Source: Minisyncoccota bacterium
GTDB taxonomy: Bacteria > Patescibacteriota > Minisyncoccia > Phycocordibacterales > JACRKE01
NCBI GenBank assembly: GCA_041660505.1
Contig: JBAZWG010000001.1
Location: forward strand, 609,768 to 673,767
Direction of reading: 5' to 3'
Length of the DNA stretch: 64,000 bases
The stretch's first letter is position 1. Every line of letters begins with the position of its first letter. The position numbers and the translations under genes are program-made. The notes below the pieces were generated by a model. It was not told the DNA's origin and searched no databases. It saw nothing but the letters and a program-made list of their open reading frames with translations. This document shows positions 9,469 to 18,422 of the stretch, one piece after another.

Positions 9469-9512
9469 TTAGAAGGTTCAACCTTTTTGATGCTTAAGGT
9501 TGAACCTTCTTG
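9469..9512. repeat. AAGGTTCAACCTT / AAGGTTGAACCTT double-palindrome hairpin element (family copy a)
   Basis: Arms AGAAGGTTCAACCTT and AAGGTTGAACCTTCT are perfect reverse complements. Confidence 0.7.
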
Positions 9513-9583
9513 TGCGTTATAAAACGAAAAGGGGATCGCGACCTTGCGGTTGCGACCCCCTTTTGAACCAGATGAAAGCAGGA

Positions 9584-10189
9584 TTACTTCTTGCCCTTGC
9601 CGACGTCCATACTCACGGGGATGTCGGCTTCGCAGAACGAGCACTCCTCCGATGCCCATGAGTCGAGAGTGATGTTCACTAGCGACTCAAGCCTCGGCGC
9701 GCCAATATCGAAAGCGGTGACGCCTCCGCGATTGCAGATAGCGCCCACGCCCACGACCTCGCCGCCGATGGCGCGGACGACCTCGACGACCTTCTTCACC
9801 GAGCCGCCGGTCGTCAGGACATCCTCGACGACGAGCACTGTCTTGCCAGCCACGATCTTGTCGTAACCGCGCTTCACTACGAACCCGCCGTCGGCCGACT
9901 TCTCGGCGTAGACACTCATTGCGTCTGAGTGTACGAGCTCCGAGAGTTGATAGGCCACCCATTGGGAGAGGATGAGCCCGCCCATCGCGGGCCCGACGAC
10001 CACCTGCGGTCGTTCTGCCAAGAAGCGGCCGGCCAGGTACAGGCAGAGCTCGCCCGTCAACCTAGGATGCACGTAAATCGCATCCTTGTTGATGTACCTG
10101 TTGCCGTGCCGGCCACTTGTGTAGACGAAGTGGCCCTCGAGTAAGGCACCCACTGCCTTGATCTTCTCCATGACACTGACTTCTTTCAT
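9584..10189 (-). CDS. pyrE: orotate phosphoribosyltransferase
   Basis: PRTase motif VLVVEDVLTTGGS; start set at MKEVSVMEKIKAV, since the ORF track start is further upstream. Confidence 0.78.
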   Translation of the reverse strand: MKEVSVMEKIKAVGALLEGHFVYTSGRHGNRYINKDAIYVHPRLTGELCLYLAGRFLAERPQVVVGPAMGGLILSQWVAYQLSELVHSDAMSVYAEKSADGGFVVKRGYDKIVAGKTVLVVEDVLTTGGSVKKVVEVVRAIGGEVVGVGAICNRGGVTAFDIGAPRLESLVNITLDSWASEECSFCEADIPVSMDVGKGKK

Positions 10190-10205
10190 GAGACCTCCTT
10201 GCGGG

Positions 10206-11021
10206 TCATGATCGGTATCGGTTGATTGCGTCATGCAGTCGCTGCGTCTCGCGTCGCGCCGCCTCTGCGAAGTTCTGTCCGCCACCGGCGAAGATGATGC
10301 TCCGTGAGGCGGCAATGATCATGCCTTGACCCCGCGAGTCTTTGCCAGCAGCGACGGTCGCTTCGAGATCTCCGCCTTGCGCGCCGATACCCGGGACGAG
10401 GATTGGCATGTCGCCGACAATCTTGCGCACGGCGCGCAGTTCGTCGGGATATGTTGCGCCGACGACCACGGCACAGTTGCCGTTCTCGTTCCATGCGCAT
10501 GCAACGTTCAGGGCGACCACTCGGTAGAGCGGCACGCCGCCGACGAGCAGATTCTGGAATTCGCCGGCGCCGACATTTGACGACCTGCAGACGATTATAC
10601 AACCCTTGTCCTTCTGGGCGAGGAATGGCTCGAGAGCCTCCTTGCCGAAGTAAGGGTTCAGGGTGACGGCGTCGGCGTGCAGGTATCCGAACGCTTGCTC
10701 GACGTAGCCGACATTGGTGTTGCCAATGTCGGCGTACTTGGCGTCCAAGATGATCGGCACCTCGGGGGCGATGGCATTCGCCTCCGAGACGGTGTGATAG
10801 AGCGCGAGGATGCCCTCGATGCCTTGTGCCACGTAGAAGGCCAAATTGACTTTGTACGCGCAGACGAGGTCGCTGGTGTGCTCGATGATGGCGCGGTTGA
10901 ACGCGCGAATCCTATCGAGCTTCGACGGGTACTTGACCTCCGCCGGGATCTTGCCGAGCTCGCTGTCGAGTCCGACGCAGACGCTCTTGCCTTGCTCCCA
11001 CCGAGCCTTGAGCATCTCCAT
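10206..11021 (-). CDS. pyrF: orotidine 5'-phosphate decarboxylase (long type 2 form)
   Basis: ILDAKYADIGNT matches the OMPdecase DxKxxDIxNT motif; about 270 aa from MEMLKAR. Confidence 0.75.
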   Translation of the reverse strand: MEMLKARWEQGKSVCVGLDSELGKIPAEVKYPSKLDRIRAFNRAIIEHTSDLVCAYKVNLAFYVAQGIEGILALYHTVSEANAIAPEVPIILDAKYADIGNTNVGYVEQAFGYLHADAVTLNPYFGKEALEPFLAQKDKGCIIVCRSSNVGAGEFQNLLVGGVPLYRVVALNVACAWNENGNCAVVVGATYPDELRAVRKIVGDMPILVPGIGAQGGDLEATVAAGKDSRGQGMIIAASRSIIFAGGGQNFAEAARRETQRLHDAINRYRS

Positions 11022-11164
11022 GAAGTTTCTGGTCTTCAAATTCTGCCTCGCTTTCACTTGGTTCAATGAACAGTATGAGCCGGACTATCCGGCTCAAAAT
11101 CTCCTTGACACTATCAAAAATATAGTTAGAAATCAAGCTCGAAAATTTGCGGGAAATTATTTTT

Positions 11165-11210
11165 AAAACAAAAACAGGATGCCGGCTACAGAGAGCTTGC
11201 ATCCTGTTCG
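11165..11210 (-). terminator. intrinsic terminator after pyrD (CAGGATGC..GCATCCTG plus TTTTTGTTTT on the minus strand)
   Basis: 8-bp stem, T-run on the minus strand. Confidence 0.5.
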
Positions 11211-11230
11211 AGCGAACATTACCGGACGAG

Positions 11231-12124
11231 TCATTCGTCGGTGAGTTCGCTAAGGATCGATGAGAATATGGTCTCGCCCCGCTCCAGATAAGCGGTGGCG
11301 ATTTGCACGGCCGAGGCACCGGCCAAGATGTACTCGCGCACGCCGGTGCTATGGATAATGCCGCCGACGCCTATGAGTTGCTGGGTGCTCGGCAGGAGCG
11401 CACGCAGTTGCCTGACCTGCCCCAGGCCGATAGGCTTTAGTGCCGGGCCGGCCATGCCCGCGAGTCCTCCGGCTGGAGTGATTCGTGGCGCTTCACCATT
11501 GAGGCCGAAGGCGTTGGGAAAGGTGTTGACGGTTGTGACCGCCTTCACCAACTTCGACTTGCCGATCACCTCCGCCACTTGCGCAAGTTGGAAAGGGTCG
11601 GAGTAAGGCGAAACCTTACACGCGATCTTCGCCTCGGCTCCGACCCACGTTTCTACCTGTCGCAAGATGTTCGCAACAAGCACGGGGTCGAAGCAGGCAA
11701 TCCGCTTCTGCATCCCGCCCTGCCAGACGTTGGGACAGCCGAGGTTGAGCTCGACCATGTCGGCCCCGCCGGCGAAGGCGATCTTAGACATTATCGCGTA
11801 CTCCTCGGCCGAGAAGCCGGCGATACTCACGAAGAGTGGCTTGCCATGCGCATGTGCCTCCGCCACCATCGCGGGCAGTTTGAGCCCATAGTACTCTATC
11901 CCTCTATTCGGCAAGCCGAGAGAGTTTAGCGAGTAATCTGACTCTACCCAGTACACGTTGCCACCGTTGCCTTGACGAGGCTCCATGGTGATAGAGCCGA
12001 CCATGATGGCCGCGGTGGCAGAACGGGCGAGCTGGCTTACCTCCTCCAGCAGCCGGCAGGTACCCGCCGCGTTCATGAGCGGGTGCTCAAGCGGGATACC
12101 GGCGAGCGTAGTTTCAAAGTTCAT
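11231..12124 (-). CDS. pyrD: dihydroorotate dehydrogenase, class 1
   Basis: ELNLGCPN motif and TIM-barrel FMN-binding profile; RBS AAGGAGG before the ATG. Confidence 0.82.
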   Translation of the reverse strand: MNFETTLAGIPLEHPLMNAAGTCRLLEEVSQLARSATAAIMVGSITMEPRQGNGGNVYWVESDYSLNSLGLPNRGIEYYGLKLPAMVAEAHAHGKPLFVSIAGFSAEEYAIMSKIAFAGGADMVELNLGCPNVWQGGMQKRIACFDPVLVANILRQVETWVGAEAKIACKVSPYSDPFQLAQVAEVIGKSKLVKAVTTVNTFPNAFGLNGEAPRITPAGGLAGMAGPALKPIGLGQVRQLRALLPSTQQLIGVGGIIHSTGVREYILAGASAVQIATAYLERGETIFSSILSELTDE

Positions 12125-12217
12125 GTGACCTCCTTAAGGTCTTTTTTTGTGCTCGTTATTCTCTTTATGCTGTATGTAAGTTAACAAATATGACCTGTTT
12201 TATCAACACAAAAAAAC

Positions 12218-12246
12218 TTGCATAAAGACGCAATCTGTGCTATTAT
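12218..12246 (+). promoter_or_regulatory. promoter TTGCAT-N17-TATTAT (gTGcTATTAT extended -10), same architecture as the rnc promoter
   Basis: Exact spacing; followed by a 110-nt leader and RBS GAGGAGGG before the ATG at 12355. Confidence 0.5.
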
Positions 12247-12354
12247 CCATACCAGCTTGCTACCGTCCCTGATTACTTCAGGGTATGTTGCGGGAGCAAA
12301 TGAGACAGAACGCCCCAGAAAAATCTAGAGCGTTTTGTGTTTAGAGGAGGGACA

Positions 12355-12555
12355 ATGTCCTCGGTCTTCCACCCTACGGATCTGCTCGTCTTTCCCGCGC
12401 ATACCGAGCATGCGCGGCTGATTCTGCTCGCAGTTTGCGAGCATGAGGACGAGAAGATCCACTTCGAGGCGGCTCGGGCCGCAGACGTTCCCGTGCTTGT
12501 CGCGCTCTGCGACGTGTACGGGATTCCCCACACGGTCCAGCAGGAGGTGAGGTAA
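12355..12555 (+). CDS. small hypothetical protein, first of a coupled pair
   Basis: RBS plus ATG at 12355; stop overlaps the next ATG (TAAGATG). Confidence 0.4.
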   Translation: MSSVFHPTDLLVFPAHTEHARLILLAVCEHEDEKIHFEAARAADVPVLVALCDVYGIPHTVQQEVR

Positions 12556-12556
12556 G

Positions 12557-12760
12557 ATGGGACGACCCCCTTTCCGCACCACCGGCAGATACAGGTCACC
12601 GGCCGTTCAGCCGGAGAAGCCCATTGGCCGCTTCGGCAACGAGGATCCGCGGATTCTGCTGAACGAGCAGGAGCCGGCGGATCCCGAGGCCCAGCGCCGG
12701 GCCAACGTCCTCATGGGGCGCGACCCGGATGAGAAGGACCCTGGGCCGCCCCTCCTCTGA
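12557..12760 (+). CDS. small hypothetical Pro/Arg-rich protein, second of the coupled pair
   Basis: Tightly coupled to the upstream ORF; followed by an imperfect hairpin plus T-run at about 12790-12840. Confidence 0.4.
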   Translation: MGRPPFRTTGRYRSPAVQPEKPIGRFGNEDPRILLNEQEPADPEAQRRANVLMGRDPDEKDPGPPLL

Positions 12761-12935
12761 CACTCCCGCAACACTCGGTAAAGATCGCCCCGGTTCGCGC
12801 GTACACCATACGCTGCGAGCCGGGGCTTTCGACTTTTTATACACTTTGCGCTAGATATCTTTTATAGTATAGTAAATAGAATATTTATCTGCCTCTACGG
12901 CAGACCGCCGATGAGGCGGTTAATAAGAATAATTT

Positions 12936-13403
12936 ATGAATAATCGCAACATTGCAATTGTCATAGCCATCATCGTCATAATTATCCTCGGATACTTTAT
13001 GTTTTCGAAGAAGGCAGTGACCGCACAGAACGGCTCGGTTGTTACAGTTAATTACGTCGGCTCGCTCCAGAACGGCACCAAGTTCGATGCCTCGGCAGAT
13101 CACGGCGGTCCGCTCACACTTACACTCGGCCCTATTGGTCCGAACGGTGAAGGCTACGTCATCCCGGGTTGGGAAGAGGGACTTATCGGTATGACAGTCG
13201 GAGAGAAGAAGCACCTCGTTATTCCGCCGGAGAAAGCTTACGGCGACAAGCAGATGGGCCCTATCCCGCCGAACTCGACTCTTGTCTTCGATGTAGAAAT
13301 GCTTGATATCCAGCCAGCCGGCCCGAAGCCAGTAGAGCCTCATTTCCCACCGGCACCGGCCTTGGCCCAGCCAGAAACACAGGGCACAACTACAACGCAG
13401 TAG
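12936..13403 (+). CDS. FKBP-type peptidyl-prolyl cis-trans isomerase with N-terminal membrane anchor
   Basis: VTVNYVGSLQNGTKFD...GYVIPGWEEGLIGMTVGEKKHLVIPPEKAYG...LVFDVEMLDI is the canonical FKBP domain. Confidence 0.82.
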   Translation: MNNRNIAIVIAIIVIIILGYFMFSKKAVTAQNGSVVTVNYVGSLQNGTKFDASADHGGPLTLTLGPIGPNGEGYVIPGWEEGLIGMTVGEKKHLVIPPEKAYGDKQMGPIPPNSTLVFDVEMLDIQPAGPKPVEPHFPPAPALAQPETQGTTTTQ

Positions 13404-13423
13404 CCCACTGGCAGAGGTTCGAC

Positions 13424-13449
13424 CTTAGGCATTCAAAAGGTCGAACCTC
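13424..13449. repeat. hairpin element variant GAGGTTCGACCTT...AAGGTCGAACCTC (family copy b)
   Basis: Perfect 13-bp inverted repeat about 85 nt upstream of rpsN. Confidence 0.6.
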
Positions 13450-13532
13450 AAGAATGCATGCCAATACTTGCGTTAAGCCGTATAATTTGATAGTATTTCA
13501 TTCAAGCTCTTACGTAGAGCTTGAATGCTTTT

Positions 13533-13718
13533 ATGGCAAAAACATCAGTAATCGCGCGTTCGAAAAAGACGCCTAAATTCTCGACCAGATTGGTCCGCCG
13601 CTGTTTCCGTTGCGGTCGCAAGCGCGGCTACATGCGCGACTTCGACGTTTGCCGAATTTGCTTCCGCGAGCTAGCGAATGAAGGCATGATCCCGGGCATC
13701 CGGAAGTCAAGCTGGTAA
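13533..13718 (+). CDS. rpsN: 30S ribosomal protein S14 (zinc-binding type Z)
   Basis: MAKTSVIARSKK...CFRCGRKRGYMRDFDVCRICFRELA, CxxC...CxxC, 61 aa. Confidence 0.88.
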   Translation: MAKTSVIARSKKTPKFSTRLVRRCFRCGRKRGYMRDFDVCRICFRELANEGMIPGIRKSSW

Positions 13719-13728
13719 AATAATGACA

Positions 13729-13769
13729 AGAAGGTTCAACCTTTAAGATGCCCAAGGTTGAACCTTCTA
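13729..13769. repeat. AAGGTTCAACCTT double-palindrome hairpin element (family copy c)
   Basis: GAAGGTTCAACCTT-TAAGATGCCC-AAGGTTGAACCTTC; ends about 15 nt before the rpsH start. Confidence 0.7.
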
Positions 13770-13783
13770 GACAAAAATATTTC

Positions 13784-14182
13784 ATGACCATCGACCCATT
13801 AGCAAACATGCTCATCCAGATCAAGAACGGTAGCGTCGCCAAAAAGGAGACGATTACCGTGCCTTTGTCTAACATGAAGTTTGCTGTCGCAGAAGTTCTT
13901 AAGCGCGCCGGATTCGTGAAGGACACAGCCAAGCGCGGCAAGAAAGAGAATCGCTCATTCGAGATTGACTTGGCTTACACAACAGAAGGCGAGCCGAAGG
14001 TCACGGGCGTGGAGCGCATCTCCAAACTTTCGCGCCGAGTCTATGCCGGCGCCGGCGAGATTCGCAACTTGCGCCGAGGTAAGCCTGGTATGATGATACT
14101 CTCGACACCGAATGGTATCCTGACAGCATCGGAGGCCAAGAAAGCGAATGTTGGCGGGGAAGTTTTGTTCGCCATTTGGTAA
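13784..14182 (+). CDS. rpsH: 30S ribosomal protein S8
   Basis: MTIDPLANMLIQIKNG is the S8 N-terminus; the ORF-track start at 13748 lies inside the repeat, so the start was moved to 13784. Confidence 0.88.
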   Translation: MTIDPLANMLIQIKNGSVAKKETITVPLSNMKFAVAEVLKRAGFVKDTAKRGKKENRSFEIDLAYTTEGEPKVTGVERISKLSRRVYAGAGEIRNLRRGKPGMMILSTPNGILTASEAKKANVGGEVLFAIW

Positions 14183-14228
14183 TGGCTCACAGATTTAAAC
14201 ATTTCAAGATTTAAATATTTAAAAACTC

Positions 14229-14765
14229 ATGTCACGCGTCGGCAAACAAATTATCGAAATACCCGCAAAAGTTGAGGTTACGCTCAGCACCGGTACGATG
14301 CGCATCAAAGGACCTTTGGGCGAACTCACCAGAGAATTCAAAGACGACATCGAGATTACAATTGCCGACAAGCAAATTACACTTAAGCCGAAAGTCGAAA
14401 CGATTTTTACCCGCTCGCTCTGGGGCACATACGCCGCACACATCATCAACATGATCAAGGGCGTGACGGAAGGTTACATGAAGAAGATGACGATAGAGGG
14501 TGTCGGCTATAAAGTGGAGCTCAAAGGCACACAGCTCGTCTTCGCTCTCGGATTTTCTCACCCAGTACCGATGGATATCCCTAAGGGCATCAAAGCTGTT
14601 GTAGAGAAGAACGTTTTGACTATTTCCGGACCGGATAAAGATCTGGTCGGATTATTCTCCGCGCAGATTGTGGCGCACAAACCGCCGGAGCCGTACAAGG
14701 GTAAGGGTATAATTTACGCCGGTACTGTCGTCCGCAGGAAGCAGGGGAAGAGGTCTGTTGCTTAA
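14229..14765 (+). CDS. rplF: 50S ribosomal protein L6
   Basis: MSRVGKQIIEIPAKVEV..., two-domain L6 profile, 178 aa. Confidence 0.9.
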   Translation: MSRVGKQIIEIPAKVEVTLSTGTMRIKGPLGELTREFKDDIEITIADKQITLKPKVETIFTRSLWGTYAAHIINMIKGVTEGYMKKMTIEGVGYKVELKGTQLVFALGFSHPVPMDIPKGIKAVVEKNVLTISGPDKDLVGLFSAQIVAHKPPEPYKGKGIIYAGTVVRRKQGKRSVA

Positions 14766-14769
14766 CGGC

Positions 14770-14813
14770 TTAGAAGGTTAAACCTTCTAGATGCCCAAGG
14801 TTTAACCTTCTAA
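14770..14813. repeat. AAGGTTAAACCTT double-palindrome hairpin element (family copy d)
   Basis: TTAGAAGGTTAAACCTTCTAG-ATGCCC-AAGGTTTAACCTTCTAA, perfect 17-bp arms; the 44-mer is identical to copy e. Confidence 0.75.
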
Positions 14814-14826
14814 GACAAGACAAAAC

Positions 14827-15177
14827 ATGAAAACAACAAATTCAAAAAAATTAAAACGAGACCGACGCCACACGAAGATCAGGACGCGCGTTTTTGGTAC
14901 GTCTGCCAAGCCTCGCCTCGCAGTCTTCCGTTCCAACGCTTTCGTCTACGCACAGATTATCGATGATGAGGCGGGCAAGACACTTTTGGCCGCGAGCGAC
15001 CTCAAAATGAAAGATGGGACCAAGCTTGCGCGCGCAGAAAAAGTGGGCGAGACGATAGCTGTGGCTGCCAAGGCGAAGAAAATCGGTACTGTTGTATTTG
15101 ATCGCGGCGGATTCATCTACGCCGGACGCGTTAAGGCTGTTGCCGATGCCGCACGTAAAGGAGGATTGCAATTCTAA
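14827..15177 (+). CDS. rplR: 50S ribosomal protein L18
   Basis: [28 protein letters not shown]... is an L18 profile. Confidence 0.9.
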   Translation: MKTTNSKKLKRDRRHTKIRTRVFGTSAKPRLAVFRSNAFVYAQIIDDEAGKTLLAASDLKMKDGTKLARAEKVGETIAVAAKAKKIGTVVFDRGGFIYAGRVKAVADAARKGGLQF

Positions 15178-15213
15178 AGTTGAAAGTCAAAAGTATAAAG
15201 TTCATAAAGTAAA

Positions 15214-15879
15214 ATGGAAGACACTACAAAAAAAACAGAATCAGCAGTTCCTACGCCGAAGCCAGCCGGTAGCCCGATTTACGTACCCAAGGAGCCTTCA
15301 AGAAGCTATCAAGGACAAGGCGGCCCGCGCAATTCGAGCGGTCCTCGCACGGGAGGTGCTCCGGGGGGAGGTCAAGGAGGCTTCGGCGGACAGCGCGGAG
15401 GTCCGCGCGGTCAAGGTGGCCGAGGCGGAGACAGGCGTGCACCGCGCACACCTTCGGAATACGATCAGAAAATTTTGAACATTCGCCGTGTGGCGCGTGT
15501 TGTGGCCGGTGGCCGTCGCTTCACTTTCTCTGTCGCTATGGTGCTCGGCAACCGCAAGGGTTCTGTCGGCGTCGGTGTCGGCAAGGCGGGAGATACGACC
15601 TTGGCTATCGACAAAGCTTCGCGTGTTGCCAAGAAGCACATGATCAAGCTCAACCTGACGAAGGACAAATCCATCGCTCACGAAATCACCGAGAAATACT
15701 CAAGCGCGACAGTAATGCTCCGCCCGGCCAAGGGTAAGGGGCTTGTTGCCGGCAGTGCTGTGCGCTCTGTGCTCGAGCTCGGCGGTGTAACAGACACGAC
15801 AGCGAAGATTCTTTCACCGTCGAAGAACAAATTGAACATCGCGCAAGCGACGATAAAGGCACTGAACAAACTCAAATAA
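15214..15879 (+). CDS. rpsE: 30S ribosomal protein S5 with Gly/Arg-rich N-terminal extension
   Basis: Conserved S5 core ILNIRRVARVVAGGRRFTFSVAMVLGN...; unusual about 80-aa GGRGG/GQRGG low-complexity N-terminus. Confidence 0.9.
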   Translation: MEDTTKKTESAVPTPKPAGSPIYVPKEPSRSYQGQGGPRNSSGPRTGGAPGGGQGGFGGQRGGPRGQGGRGGDRRAPRTPSEYDQKILNIRRVARVVAGGRRFTFSVAMVLGNRKGSVGVGVGKAGDTTLAIDKASRVAKKHMIKLNLTKDKSIAHEITEKYSSATVMLRPAKGKGLVAGSAVRSVLELGGVTDTTAKILSPSKNKLNIAQATIKALNKLK

Positions 15880-15888
15880 TTTTAACGA

Positions 15889-15933
15889 CTTAGAAGGTTA
15901 AACCTTCTAGATGCCCAAGGTTTAACCTTCTAA
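15889..15933. repeat. AAGGTTAAACCTT double-palindrome hairpin element (family copy e, identical to copy d)
   Basis: Identical 44-mer and nearly identical downstream spacer CTAAGACAA(G/A)ACAAAACATG. Confidence 0.75.
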
Positions 15934-15942
15934 GACAAAAAC

Positions 15943-16374
15943 ATGCAATCCCACGAACTCAAGCGCAAACATCCGAATAAACGAACCAAGCTCGTTGGCC
16001 GTGGCAGTAAGCGCGGTAAGACGTCCGGTCGCGGTACCAAAGGCCAGAACGCCCGCGCCGGTCACAAAAAACGCCCCGAAATTCGCGAGCGTATCAAGAA
16101 GATTCCTAAACTCCGCGGTTATCGCTGGAACGGTGCTATTATGGACAAGGCGATTGTCATTAATGTCGGCGACCTGAACAAGTTCGAGGCCGGCGCCGAG
16201 GTTACCCCGCGCACGCTCGTGAAGAAGCATCTCATCAATATGCCGAAGGATGCGCGCATGATTGTGAAGATTCTTGGCGGAGGCGAAATCAAGCTTGCCT
16301 ACAAAGTTTCTCACTGCTTCGTCTCGAAGAGTGCAAAAGAGAAGATTGAGAAAGCGGGAGGAACAGTGAAATAA
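15943..16374 (+). CDS. rplO: 50S ribosomal protein L15
   Basis: KRTKLVGRGSKRGKTSGRGTKGQNARAG is the L15 N-terminus; it follows S5 directly, so no L30 gene is present. Confidence 0.9.
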   Translation: MQSHELKRKHPNKRTKLVGRGSKRGKTSGRGTKGQNARAGHKKRPEIRERIKKIPKLRGYRWNGAIMDKAIVINVGDLNKFEAGAEVTPRTLVKKHLINMPKDARMIVKILGGGEIKLAYKVSHCFVSKSAKEKIEKAGGTVK

Positions 16375-16434
16375 TGAACTCGGAAGCCTTGCTTCTGAGA
16401 ACAAGACCCGGAAGCGAGGCTTCCAAGTACAAAA

Positions 16435-17706
16435 ATGGACAAATTCATAGAAAAACTCAAAGTTGTTTTCGGAGATAAGAACCTGCGCAACCGGGTCTAT
16501 TTCGTTCTCGGCGCGCTTATTATCTTCCGCTTCCTTTCATCTATTCCCATTGCGGGCGTTGATAAACTCAAGCTCGATCAATTGCTGACAGGCAATCAAT
16601 TCCTCGGCTTCTTGAACATTTTCTCCGGCGGCGGGCTCTCGACCCTTTCTATTGTCATGCTCGGAGTCGGCCCCTATATCACCGGCTCTATTATAATGCA
16701 GCTCCTTACTATCATCTTCCCCAAGCTTAAGGAGATGTATCAAGAGGATGGCGAAGCTGGCAGAAAGAAGTTCGTTCAATATTCACGTCTCCTCACCGTG
16801 CCTCTGGCAATCTTCCAGGGCTTCGGACTTTTATTTTTACTTCGCCAATCAGGCGTCGTTGTGGCCGACACTGTCTTCGATCAGATGGTTAACATCATCG
16901 TCGTCACTGGCGGCTCTGTCCTCGTGATGTGGATAGGCGAGCTTATGACCGAATATGGCATAGGCAACGGTACGTCTATAATAATCTTCGCAGGTATCAT
17001 TGCACAGATGCCGTCGACTATCGGCCAGATGTTCGCCTCGTTTACTGTGGCGCAGATCCCGACCTATCTCGTATTTCTCGTAGTCTCCATCATCATCATC
17101 GCCGGTGTAGTAATAATTACAGAAGCAGAGCGCCCAGTGCCAGTGACTTATGCCAAGCGTGTGCGCGGGGCCAAGATGTACGGCGGTGTTTCGACGTATC
17201 TGCCGATACGCTTGAATCAGGCAGGCGTCATGCCGATAATTTTCGCGCTCTCGCTCTTGCTTTTGCCCCAGATGATAGCGACATTCCTCCTCGGCCTGCA
17301 TCAGTCAACTTTGCAGGCGATAGGAACATTCCTTCGCGACTTGGTGGCGAACCAGCTTTACTATGCGATCTTCTATTTCCTTCTCGTTTTTCTCTTCACT
17401 TACTTCTATACGGCCATCACCTTCGACCCAGACAATATCGCGACAAACTTACAGAAGAACGGCGCCTTCATCCCCGGTGTTCGCCCCGGCAAGCCGACGG
17501 CCGAGCACTTATCCCGTATTCTCGTGCGCGTGACCTTTGTCGGCGCATTATTCCTTGGTATAATCGCAGTGTTACCTCTGGGCATCAGATCTATTACCGG
17601 CATCACCGCGTTATCTATCGGCGGTACCTCGCTCCTCATCGTTGTGTCCGTGGTGCTTGATCTCATTAAGCAGATGAACGCGCAGATCTCGATGAGAGAG
17701 TACTAA
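16435..17706 (+). CDS. secY: preprotein translocase subunit SecY
   Basis: 10-TM profile, 423 aa, canonical position after rplO. Confidence 0.9.
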   Translation: MDKFIEKLKVVFGDKNLRNRVYFVLGALIIFRFLSSIPIAGVDKLKLDQLLTGNQFLGFLNIFSGGGLSTLSIVMLGVGPYITGSIIMQLLTIIFPKLKEMYQEDGEAGRKKFVQYSRLLTVPLAIFQGFGLLFLLRQSGVVVADTVFDQMVNIIVVTGGSVLVMWIGELMTEYGIGNGTSIIIFAGIIAQMPSTIGQMFASFTVAQIPTYLVFLVVSIIIIAGVVIITEAERPVPVTYAKRVRGAKMYGGVSTYLPIRLNQAGVMPIIFALSLLLLPQMIATFLLGLHQSTLQAIGTFLRDLVANQLYYAIFYFLLVFLFTYFYTAITFDPDNIATNLQKNGAFIPGVRPGKPTAEHLSRILVRVTFVGALFLGIIAVLPLGIRSITGITALSIGGTSLLIVVSVVLDLIKQMNAQISMREY

Positions 17707-17719
17707 AGAATCAAGCGAA

Positions 17720-17756
17720 AAGGTTCAACCTTAAGTATCAAAAAGGTTGAACCTTA
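17720..17756. repeat. AAGGTTCAACCTT double-palindrome hairpin element (family copy f)
   Basis: AAGGTTCAACCTT-AAGTATCAAA-AAGGTTGAACCTT between secY and adk. Confidence 0.7.
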
Positions 17757-17781
17757 GAATTCCGCTTGATACAATATTCAC

Positions 17782-18378
17782 ATGCAACTCAAAACCGTCA
17801 TCTTCATGGGTCGCTCCGGTTCCGGTAAGGGGACGCAGGCGAAGTTGCTTGTCGATGAACTCGTCCTAAAAGGCGTGAACGTTAACGACATAATGAACGT
17901 CTCATCCGGGGAACTCTTCCGCGCTTTTGCTAAGGATGGCGGTTATACTCAAGACAAGATTCGCGCCGTAATGGCGGCGGGCAATCGCGTCCCGGACTTC
18001 CTCGCTGTGCGCCTCTGGGGTAATTGGCTGGTGCAGACATATCGCCCGAGTTTGAATATTATTTTGGACGGCACCCCGCGCTCGCACGCCGAGGCGCGCA
18101 TGCTCGAGAACGCCCTCGTTTTTTATGAACGCAACCCGATAGAGATCGTCAATATCAAAGTGTCTAACGAGTGGTCTATAGAACGCTTATCGGCGCGCAA
18201 ACGCTTGGACGATTCATCCCTTGATACCATCAAGCATCGCCTCGCTTTTTATGAAGACGATGTGCTCGAGGCGATAGATTATTATCGCGGATCGCCCAAA
18301 GTCCGCTTCTCTGAGATTAACGGCGAACAGACGATAGAAGAGGTGCATAAAGATGTCTCAAAGGCGGTATTTGGATAA
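17782..18378 (+). CDS. adk: adenylate kinase, short form lacking a zinc LID
   Basis: P-loop GRSGSGKGTQA; NIILDGTPRS; 198 aa; canonical position after secY. Confidence 0.82.
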   Translation: MQLKTVIFMGRSGSGKGTQAKLLVDELVLKGVNVNDIMNVSSGELFRAFAKDGGYTQDKIRAVMAAGNRVPDFLAVRLWGNWLVQTYRPSLNIILDGTPRSHAEARMLENALVFYERNPIEIVNIKVSNEWSIERLSARKRLDDSSLDTIKHRLAFYEDDVLEAIDYYRGSPKVRFSEINGEQTIEEVHKDVSKAVFG

Positions 18379-18382
18379 GGCG

Positions 18383-18418
18383 CAACCCCTCCCTCGCCCT
18401 CCCCGAAGGAGAGGGAAA
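18383..18418. repeat. GC-rich palindromic element copy (CCCTCCCTCGCCCTCCCCGAAGGAGAGGG), intergenic adk/map
   Basis: Same core CCCTCCCCGAAGGAGAGGG as the in-frame copies. Confidence 0.75.
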
Positions 18419-18422
18419 ATTC

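Noticed and set aside
8667-9659. 330-aa minus-strand ORF covering the aaRS-like gene and its terminator
   Set aside because: It reads through a strong plus-strand terminator hairpin and the repeat element; the plus-strand gene has class II synthetase motifs.
16929-17660. 243-aa plus-strand ORF inside secY (other frame)
   Set aside because: It is an Arg/His-rich alternative frame of a highly conserved membrane protein gene.
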